DNA of 18,455 nt from Octopus sinensis (taxonomy: Eukaryota). Under the pieces are notes generated by a model, which was given only the letters and a program-made list of their open reading frames with translations, was not told the DNA's origin and did not search any database. The stretch covers positions 1 through 18,455 of the forward strand of contig NW_021824522.1 in assembly GCF_006345805.1 (NCBI RefSeq). Direction: 5' to 3'. This document shows, one piece after another, positions 1 to 8,660 of this stretch (its first letter is position 1; each line of letters opens with the position of its first letter). The position numbers were made by a program, and so were the translations under genes.

Positions 1-538
1 TAGTAATGGAAATAACAACAGAAAAAAGATGGTATAGGCACACGCCAGGAAAGTCACAGAAAACGAGAAAGCAAACCATACTCTGGGATATGCCAATACA
101 CACAGATAGAGAAAGTAAGGCCAACAGACCAGATATAGTTGTCAGAGATCATGAAGGAAAAAAATGCTTTCTAATTGATGTATCAATACCAGCAGATGAC
201 AACGTGCCTCTAAAAGAAATGGAGAAACTTTCAAAATACAAAGGCCTGGAAATAGAGGTAACTCGAATGTGGAATCTAAAAACAGAAACAATTCCTATCA
301 TAGTGGGCGCATTAGGTATGATAAAAAAATGATCAGACAAATGCATAACAAAAACACCAGGACTTACAAATATATATAACATACAGAAAATTGCACTACT
401 GGGCACTGCACACATCCTACGCAAAACACTTTCAATACAGTAACCATAAGAGCATCACAACAAACCACAGCACATACCCAAGGCACACAGAGCTGCGCTC
501 GGTAGTGAAGTGAAAGCACGCTATAAAAATAAGACTAG

Positions 539-539
<1 letters not shown>
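1..539 (+). mobile_element. 3' end of an R4-clade (Dong/Rex6-like) non-LTR retrotransposon: degenerate restriction-like endonuclease (RLE) domain plus about 95 nt of 3' UTR; continues off the left edge
   Basis: ORF 6-332 reads ILWDMPIHTDRESKANRPDIVVRD..KKCFLIDVSIP..KEMEKLSKYKGLEIEVTRMW, the RPD...D...K..KY type RLE signature. Reading through TGA 330-332 gives SDKCITKTPGLTNIYNIQKIALLGTAHILRKTLSIQ* (stop 441-443), a typical R4-clade C-terminus. The UTR runs directly into (AAT)19. Confidence 0.88.

Positions 540-540
<1 letters not shown>

Positions 541-597
<57 letters not shown>
541..597 (+). repeat. (AAT)19 microsatellite, tail or target site of the R4-like element
   Basis: 57 nt of perfect AAT repeat directly after the element's 3' UTR. 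Confidence 0.97.
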
Positions 598-598
<1 letters not shown>

Positions 599-700
599 TA
601 CCCTCAACAATCCTTATTCAGATACCTTTTGAACGGGATGGGCTACTCGACCAGAAGAAAATTCTAACTGGGCCCCACCTGCAAGGTCATGCGCTGTTTA

Positions 701-778
701 TCCTGGTGTCGATTTGCTCGACTAAAGGCGGTACTCCAGCATGGTCGCACTCAAATGACCGAAACAAGGAAAAGAGTA

Positions 779-779
<1 letters not shown>
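701..779 (+). mobile_element. SINE family A, 3' fragment
   Basis: ctggtgtcgatttgctcgactaaaggcggtactccagcatggtcgcactcaaatgaccgaaacaagg aligns with the 3' ends at 12735-12814 and 6615-6709. Confidence 0.85.
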
Positions 780-811
<32 letters not shown>

Positions 812-1262
812 TATATATTATATATATATGTTGTGTGTTGTGTGTGTGTGTATGTGTGTGTGTTTGTGTGTGTGTGTATGTGTGTGTGTGTGTATGTTGG
901 CCTGTCTATACAGGGTGTGTTTGTATACGTTTTAAACGATTATTTTTCACGAAGACACATTCTTGGGCAGTATTGAAGAATACAATCGCGGATAATTGTT
1001 TATCTAGGAAAATTCACATTGTGTAAGGAACAGAACTATCTCTTAGTCAAATATCCAGACAGGACCATACACGCATATGTACGTACGTAGACAAATAGAA
1101 AGATAGAGACATACAAAGACAAAGGATTTCAGAACAATATATATATATATATGTATATATATACATATATATATGTATATATATATATGTATATATATGT
1201 AGTATATATAATATATTATGAGAGAGAGAGAGAGAGAGAAATACATATACACTATATGTATG

Positions 1263-1311
<49 letters not shown>

Positions 1312-1800
1312 ATATATATATATATATACATATACATACATTCATACACGTGTGTGTGTGTGTGTAAGTATATTTGTGTGTGTATTTATATATATTACAC
1401 AGAGTTTACGATTGCATCGCCCGAAGCATCATCTTGGCAAAGTCAGACCACATACGTGTCTTTGATTTTTCAAGAATCTACTTGCAAACAATGCACACGC
1501 AAACACACACACACACACAAACACACACGCAAACACACACATATGCACACAGTCACACACACATACATATACACACATACATACACAAAAGAAAAGAGAA
1601 AAGGCAAATGCAAATATCATTGCCCACACTTGCTCACATACCTATCTGTCTATCTACAATATATATTGTATATATATATATTAATAATATAGTATATATA
1701 TATACATATATATACATCTACGTATCCATATTCATACTTACATTTAGAAAGAGATGACAGGGGAGAGAGAGGTGTGTGTGAGTATATATATATATATAAG

Positions 1801-1830
<30 letters not shown>
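779..1830. repeat. Cluster of (TA)n, (TG/CA)n and (GA)n microsatellites with short unique spacers
   Basis: Runs at 779-895, 1136-1390, 1495-1590 and 1650-1830. They explain the YI/CV/HT-rich ORFs. Confidence 0.93.
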
Positions 1831-1831
<1 letters not shown>

Positions 1832-2399
1832 TGTTAACACATATATCTATCTTAATGTATTTCGATTAAGAGTTTTACATCGCTTGGGGAATGTCTGGGC
1901 GTTATTATATACCTATTCATAAATCGCTTTAAAAAAGAAGCTTACCTTCTCTATTCATAAAAATTTTGTTGTTTACAATATTTTCTTGAAAATATTATTT
2001 TTCTCATATTCCTAATTACTATTCCTTATTTATTGTGTTTACCTTTTTATATATATATATCGTTTATACGTCTTTAATTATATATATAATTTGTAAATTT
2101 TTCCCTAAATATTTTCTTAATTACTGTGTTTATAATTTGCATTTTTAGAAATGTTATTGTATTTATTTTTTATATGTATTTTAAATATTTTGTTTTTTTC
2201 TGTGTTTATAATTTTGTTTAATGTTTAGTACTTGTGTATACAATTTATTTCGATGTTTTTTATGGAATTGATATATTTCTACATTGTATTATTGTTTTTA
2301 TTTCAAATTTCTCCTTTATTTCAATTCTTTATGTATAATTTTTTTTTTTTTTACTGTTATTTTTTTATTACTTTTATTATTCCTATGGTTAATAGTGTT

Positions 2400-2668
2400 A
2401 TTATGACTGGCATCATGATCATCTCCATCATCATCCTCATTAACATCGTCTTCGTTGTCGTCGTCGTCCCTCTACTACTCCTACACCTCCCCTCCCCTCC
2501 TCCTTCTCATCATCTTCACCTTCATCATCATCATCACTATTGTTATCATCAATATGTTGTCGGTGTCGCATTCTTTCCTCCCCTCATCCTCCTCCTCTCC
2601 TCCTCCTCCTCTTCTTTGTCTTCTTTTCCTCCTGTTTGTGTTGTTGTTGTTGTTGTTCTTTCTTCTTC

Positions 2669-2709
<41 letters not shown>

Positions 2710-2785
2710 GTTATTATTATCATTATTATTATTGTTGTTGTTGTTGCTGATGTCTTTATTATTATTATTATCATTGTTATTATTA

Positions 2786-2833
<48 letters not shown>

Positions 2834-2847
2834 TATTATTATTATTA
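2400..2847. repeat. Compound trinucleotide microsatellite: (CAT), (GTC), (TCC), (TTG), (TTC), (TTA)n
   Basis: Consecutive triplet runs give poly-S/P/L/I/Y in several frames. Confidence 0.93.
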
Positions 2848-2964
2848 CGTGTTTGTAAATATTTTCTTTTCTTTTGTTTAAATTTATAAAAAAATATTAA
2901 TTGTACTTATACATTGCTGTTAATTATTTTTTAAATACTTTTTAAAAGGGATATAAATGCTTAT

Positions 2965-3055
2965 ATACATACACACACAAACAAACACACACACATACAT
3001 ACACATACACACATCGGTATGTATATATGTATAAATGGGTATATATGAATATATG

Positions 3056-3130
<75 letters not shown>
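2965..3130. repeat. (CA)/(TA)n microsatellite
   Basis: Read directly from the sequence. Confidence 0.93.
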
Positions 3131-3132
<2 letters not shown>

Positions 3133-3594
3133 TATCATACAATGCGCATATTTTTTTATTCACTGCTTAATTTTTTTTTTTGCTTATCTATTTCGTTCCT
3201 TACAATATAGTGCCGTTGTATATTTTTGATATTTTTGATGTTTAGAATTTTTAGAAATATCATCAATACATGTTTACTATTTCATTTATATATTTTTAAT
3301 TTTTGTTAAGTTTTATTACACACATTTTTCTTTTATTTTGTGCTCACAATTTTTTCTTTTAGATTATTATTTTTCAATGCAGTTTTTTATTATATTTTTC
3401 CCGATATTTTCTCATTTCTTTCATTACACTTCTTATTTGATTTTTTTTTAAAGAGAATTTCCCATATGATAGTGTCAATTAGATTCCTGTTTTGTTTATG
3501 CCAATATTTATATGTTTTTTTCCCCCGTAACACTTATGTTTCATAAGCGTTCGTATTTTATTCCATTTCTTAAATATGGTCGAATGTATACAAA

Positions 3595-3814
3595 CGTATA
3601 TGTATATACATATATATACATATACATACACACACATATATATGTATATATATACAAACATATATATATATATATATTTAATATATTTAATACTATTATA
3701 TATATATTATATATATGTATATAAATATAATTAATATATATATATATATGTTTGTATATATATACATATATATGTGTGTGTATGTATATGTATATATATG
3801 TATATACATATACG
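3595..3814. repeat. Perfect 81-bp inverted repeat (arms 3595-3675 and 3734-3814, 58-nt spacer)
   Basis: The reverse complement of 3734-3814 matches 3595-3675 base for base, including the non-TA interruptions (cacacaca, caaac). The same peptide [27 protein letters not shown] appears in a plus-strand and a minus-strand ORF of the track. Confidence 0.9.
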
Positions 3815-4101
3815 TATATATATATAATATACATATATATATATAACGTATATATACATATATATACATATATATACGTATATATAATATAGTATAACGT
3901 ATATATACATATATATACAATATATACGTATATATATATACATATATATACGTATATATATACATATATATACGATATATACATATATGTAGATATATGT
4001 ATATATACGTATATATATACATATATATACGTATATATACATATATACGTATATATATATACATATATATATTAATATATACATATAATACTATATATAC
4101 G

Positions 4102-4185
<84 letters not shown>

Positions 4186-4230
4186 GTATGTTATGTATGT
4201 ATATATATGTATGTAGTATGTGTTTATGTA
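3815..4230. repeat. Complex TA-rich satellite with recurring roughly 20-nt units (tacgtatatatatacatata) ending in (TATG)n
   Basis: Read directly from the sequence. Confidence 0.85.
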
Positions 4231-4393
4231 TGTACACACAATAGGAAAGGGAAAACGCCTCGAGCTAGCGTTTCGCATGATATGTATAATACACTGAAGG
4301 CTTTCGAATATTTAATGCAGTGGATGGAGGAGTAATAAAATAAACAGCAGAGGTTTTCCTGGGCAATTTGAAGACAAATTTAAGAAGGAATAA

Positions 4394-4645
4394 ATCTTTT
4401 ATCGTATGTTTGCTTCTGTCATTTGATTGTGGCCCATCCTGAGGCAACGCCTTGAAAATCTTATTCGAACGAATCGGCCCAATATCTAATTCTTTTTTTA
4501 TTAACATCTTTTTAAAACCTGGTGATTTTTTTATTGGTCTTTTTAGCCGAACCGCAATGTAACACGGTGTAAACACACTAACACTGGTTATCAAAAGGAA
4601 GAGGGGAACAAAGACAGACACACACATGTTTATGTGTGTGTATAT
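4394..4645 (-). mobile_element. SINE family A, diverged 3' half
   Basis: The minus strand reads gtgtttacaccgtgttacattgcggttcggctaaaaagacc...tcaaggcgttgcctcaggatgggccacaatcaaatgacagaagc...gataaaagat, matching the other A copies. Confidence 0.8.
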
Positions 4646-4879
4646 AAATATATATGTATATATAATATTAGTTGAGTTAGAGGTTGGAATAACGTCTAAG
4701 GGATAAAAAATATCCGTTTTACTACTGGTGTAATTACCTATGTTAACCCTGGGCATACATATACAAGCATATTATGCTCATAGGTTACAGGCAATGGCAA
4801 AGATATACGTGAGTTTATCAGGAATCAAACTTAAAGTAAATTTCTCCATTTTCTATTTACTTTAAATATGTATATGTAT

Positions 4880-4882
4880 ATG

Positions 4883-4919
<37 letters not shown>

Positions 4920-5048
4920 TATACACTTACATATTTAAAAATATATGTATACACACCCGTCTTCGTCTTTTGTTTAATTTTCTGTAAATTTTAAATATAT
5001 TATATATATATTGTGTGTGTATATATATATATAAATATATATATATAC

Positions 5049-5080
<32 letters not shown>

Positions 5081-5145
5081 TAATATATTATATATATATA
5101 TATATATAATATATATAATATATATATATACTATATATATATAGA
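4880..5145. repeat. (TA)n-rich block containing a roughly 38-nt dispersed repeat (4953-4990)
   Basis: acacacccgtcttcgtcttttgtttaattttctgtaaatt resembles the reverse complement of 18372-18412 (acactacccgtattcatcttttgttttttccgtaaactct). Confidence 0.7.
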
Positions 5146-5817
5146 TAATAAGGAAAGAAAGTCCGTGGTATATTTGAAAATGACTAGAGATGGCTTTTGT
5201 GGTAATTTTTCCACTTCATAATTTGATGTTTTCAAGTTTACAAAAAGGTGACTCTGATATGAGTTACTCGCTTAAAAGCAGTTTCCAAAATGATATTTAA
5301 TAGCTTGTTATTGACTATTTAACATTATATAACATTGTATAACATAACATTGTATAACAAACTCTAAAGTGTCACTTTGAACACCGATTTTAATCTAATA
5401 AGTCCTTTCCAAGTCACCTTTTGTAAACTTATAGACGTCTAATTATCAATGTGGAAAAATTATCAGAAAAGCCATTTCTATTCATTTTTTACATCTTCCA
5501 TGTTTGTTTTCGTTCGGTTTCCTTGTATGTCTCCACTGTCCTGTTTTTGTTACCACCTTTGACCCTCCGCAAATCCCAAATTTTACTTTGGTCTGCGGGA
5601 GCAACTGCACTTCAAAGACTCGTATTGTCGTTCAATGCTTGAAATGAGAAGTAGATGGACAGCCGACAACTGATGAAGGGTCGTTCTTTATGTTACTTGT
5701 CCTGTTTTTCATTTGTTTCTCTCGTTGTTTATGTATTCAACTCTTTTGTTTTCGTATTTTCTATTGTTTACGGTTTGTGACGTCATGTACCCATATATGC
5801 TGACGTCCTGTACCCAT

Positions 5818-6133
5818 GTGTGCTGCAACGAAAACCATTCCAGCATGGAACATGTTTATAAGCCATTTAAAACACGCAAAAATTTCAACATTTAAATTTA
5901 ATTTGCTAAAATCTGATGCATCATGGAATTTTGTCAGTGAACAGGTCACGGTCTCAAAGCGATGAAAATATTTGGGCAAATTAAATTTAAATGTTGAAGA
6001 GAATCTAACGTTTTTTTTGTTTTTGTTTTTTGTTTTTTTTGATGGCTTATAAACACCTTCCACGCTGCAATTTGTTTTTGTTTCAGCACACGATTTCAGA
6101 TCAGGTCACTTGCTATGTAAGTACATCTCCGTA
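5818..6133. mobile_element. Fold-back repeat: two inverted partial copies of one unclassified element, possibly a Penelope-like terminal repeat
   Basis: Three paired blocks: gtgtgctg 5818-5825 with cagcacac 6084-6091; tgtttataagccat 5853-5866 with atggcttataaaca 6042-6055; a perfect 23-mer at 5884-5906 with 5976-5998. Confidence 0.75.
5930..5980 (+). ncRNA. Candidate degenerate minimal type I hammerhead ribozyme with a G3-C8 core variant
   Basis: Stem I 5' tttgtc(a), core GTGAACA (5937-5943), stem II gtcac/gcgat (5945-5963), GAAA (5964-5967), palindromic atat, then TT (U16.1, H17), then stem I 3' (g)ggcaaa. Several mismatches, so probably inactive in this copy. Confidence 0.4.
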
Positions 6134-6134
6134 A

Positions 6135-6295
6135 TGTGTGTGTGTGTTCTGCAAAAGAAACCCGGCAAAATAAGTTCTATACTTCAACGTTAATATTAGG
6201 TGCCGATTTGTTCGGCTAAATATCTCCAAGATGGTGCCCCACCATGGCTGCAGTCCAATGACTGAAACATGATTAAAGATTATAGATTATAGAAT
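6135..6295 (+). mobile_element. SINE family A-like 3' half
   Basis: gccgatttgttcggctaaa...aagatggtgccccaccatggctgcagtccaatgactgaaaca followed by a gattatagattatag tail. Confidence 0.75.
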
Positions 6296-6313
6296 GAAGT
6301 GCTTCACTATAAT

Positions 6314-6709
6314 AGGTGCATGCTTCATGTTTCCTGGTTCAGTCCCTCTGCGTTGCACATGTCTTCTAATATAGCCACGGGCCGGCCAAAGTCTTGCTTT
6401 GGAAGACAGATTTTGGAAGTGGATTTAGAAGACGGAAACTGAAAGAAGTTCGTCGAATGTATATATGTGCATATATCTATGTGTGTGTATTTGTGTCTGT
6501 GTTTGTCCTACCCTCACCACTTGCGAACTGATTTTGGTGTGTTTGAGGCCACTAAACTTAGCGTTTCAGTGAAATAAAGCGATAGAATAAGAGATAGGCT
6601 TTAAAAAGTAATACTGGAGTCCATTCAATCAACTAAAAGAATCAAGGCGGTGCCCCAGCAAGGCCACGGTCTAACGACTGAAACAAGTAAAAGATAAAAG
6701 ATAAAAGAT
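6314..6709 (+). mobile_element. SINE family A, near full length and diverged
   Basis: B-box-like ggttcagtccc, gacggaaactgaaagaag, a central TA/TG tract, and a 3' end ccccagcaaggccacggtctaacgactgaaacaag with a three-unit (A/G)TAAAAG tail. Confidence 0.85.
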
Positions 6710-6962
6710 GTCTTCCATTGTGAAGGACGGCATAGATGTGTGTGTGTATATGTATGTGATAAGGAGGATTTGGCTACTATTTTTAGGAGGCCGTTTGAAC
6801 GACCACATTGTGGCTTCTGCCTTATCGAAAGCCAGAAATATGGCTGCGTGAGGATTATATGACACTTTTGAATGGAAGAACACGTGTGAGAGGGGCGGGC
6901 GAGGATGGAGGGTCTGTACGTATGTCTGTGTGATAAGAAGCGACCTTCAAAAATACGAATTA

Positions 6963-7051
6963 TGTAGTAGTAGTAGTAGTAGTAGTAGTAGAGGTGGTGG
7001 TGGTAGAGGCGGTGGTTGCTGTGGTAATAGTAGTAGTTCTTGTAGTAACAC

Positions 7052-7085
<34 letters not shown>

Positions 7086-7154
7086 TTTGTTGTTGTTGTA
7101 GCAGCAGGGGTGGTGGTAGTAATAGTTGCAGTACTTGTAGTAACACATGTAGTT

Positions 7155-7199
<45 letters not shown>

Positions 7200-7260
7200 A
7201 TGGTGGTGGTTGTGGTGGTGGTGTTGGTGGTGGTGGTTGTGGTGGTGGAAGTAATTGATG
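6963..7260. repeat. Compound (TAG)n/(TGG)n/(TTG)n microsatellite
   Basis: Read directly; explains the poly-S/V/T ORFs. Confidence 0.93.
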
Positions 7261-7402
7261 GCATCGTCGGATAGAATGGTATGTGGATAGACAATATAAT
7301 CTTTGCAAAGCTCTTCGAGAGCTTAGTCCCTCGGTTTCTTTAGCCCCGTGCCAACCAATATCTCGTCAGTAGTAAAATTGGTAGACGGGAACTGTGTTTG
7401 AC

Positions 7403-7686
7403 ATGTTTCCCTCTCGAACACTCTTTCTTGGAGCCGAAGAGATGATAGTCCAGTGGCGATAATTGTCCAGTGACGAAGCAGTGAAGTCAACAGAATTTTA
7501 CGGTGCAGGGATACATGCTCTCATTCGAAGGTGAAACATTGCTACTGAGAGAAACGGTGAATATGTTGAGAAGTAGGGTTATGATCCACAGAGGATCAGT
7601 TTCCTTTTCATGTATGATACATTTCTTGTATTGGTAATTATACCTGTCCTAAACAAAATGGCATTACGTTTTGACTCACCCTCGTA
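7403..7686 (+). mobile_element. Mariner (Tc1/mariner) 3' remnant: transposase C-terminus, right TIR and TA
   Basis: Plus strand 7466-7576 gives SSDEAVKSTEFYGAGIHALIRR*NIATERNGEYVEK*. Minus strand 7462-7403 gives LSPLDYHLFGSKKECSRGKH, matching the mariner YSPDLAPSDYHLF motif. The end ggcattacgttttgactcaccctcg|TA is a mariner-type TIR with a TA target. Confidence 0.85.
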
Positions 7687-7779
7687 TATACTGTGTGTGT
7701 GTAAGTCTATGCGTGTGTATCATTGCAAATATACATACGCATGTTGCTTAATCTTCAGTTGAATACATACATATTTTTA

Positions 7780-8081
7780 TGACTATAAATCAAGTGTGTA
7801 TATATATGTGTGTGTGTGTGTGTGTTTGTCTGTGTGTGTGTCTGCGTGTGTGTGCGTGTGCGTGTGCGTGTGTGTGAGAATACATATATATGTTATACAC
7901 ACACAAGCACGCACACACACACACGTGCCCACACGCACACATATACTCCCATACATACACATATATATATATGTGTATATATATATATATATATAGTAGT
8001 GTGCGTGTATATATACATACATACATACCAATATATATGCATATGTTTTATTTATTATTTATTTATATATATATAATATAG

Positions 8082-8126
<45 letters not shown>

Positions 8127-8425
8127 ATATATGTATGTATAAACACAAGAAACACATACCACCTTCATACTCACACACAGACACGAACATGCACAAACAT
8201 AAGCATCCTCTCTCTCTCTCTCTCTCCCTTTATATATATATGCCACATACGTACATATATGTACATTTGGTATCTTTGGCGGTTGGTGTACGTCTTATCA
8301 AGTCATGTTATCTTCCACCGAGAAGTACCTGATGGTCGAATTTCTGCAACTTACAGATCGTTTTTAATCAACGTTCCCGTCCACATCCTGTCCCGAAGAA
8401 CTCCTAGACTTGTTGTTTATATATA

Positions 8426-8496
<71 letters not shown>
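7780..8496. repeat. (TG)/(CA)/(TA)/(TC) microsatellite blocks around a unique segment at about 8260-8420
   Basis: Read directly from the sequence. Confidence 0.88.
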
Positions 8497-8498
<2 letters not shown>

Positions 8499-8546
8499 GG
8501 GGGTTCTGTGTGCGTGTGTACGTATATAAGTGAATGGGCCACATAC

Positions 8547-8660
8547 GCCGTTTGCTTGAATGGCTGGGGAAGTGTGGGCGTAATAGTCTGGCCGCCTGGC
8601 GGAGAGTCTGTGCGACGGCCAGACTGTCTAACAAGTTGATTTCCTTCTTTAGATACACGT
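8547..8660 (-). CDS. Candidate internal exon of an unidentified host gene (114 nt, frame-preserving)
   Basis: Acceptor ttctctcttgcctttcattcatccattcccacag|, donor |gtatgt. The length is a multiple of 3 and GC is 54% (61/114) against AT-rich flanks. Two frames are open: (D)VYLKKEINLLDSLAVAQTLRQAARLLRPHFPSHSSKR and RVSKEGNQLVRQSGRRTDSPPGGQTITPTLPQPFKQT. I recognise neither peptide. Confidence 0.45.

Noticed and set aside
538-4278. Many ORFs rich in YI/CV/HT or poly-N/I/L
   Set aside because: They are translations of microsatellites and stay open only because the repeats lack stop codons. The same applies to similar ORFs across the window.
4265-4756. 163-aa minus-strand ORF with complex-looking sequence
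   Set aside because: Its middle is a diverged SINE A copy plus a CA/TA repeat, and there is no recognisable domain.
4783-4808. Possible plus-strand micro-exon (catag|GTTACAGGCAATGGCAAAGATATAC|gtgagt)
   Set aside because: The donor is good but the pyrimidine tract is weak, it is only 25 nt, the peptide is unrecognised, and it lies on the opposite strand to the better exon candidate.
5665-5705. CTGATGA hammerhead-like core at 5670
   Set aside because: There is no stem II closed by GAAA downstream.
6625-7308. 227-aa and overlapping ORFs with Pro/Leu/Tyr/Thr runs
   Set aside because: They are built from (TAG)/(TGG) repeats and a SINE tail.
7669-7681. GTGAGT splice donor on the minus strand
   Set aside because: It is part of the mariner TIR (tacgagggtgagtcaaaa) and has no plausible exon upstream.
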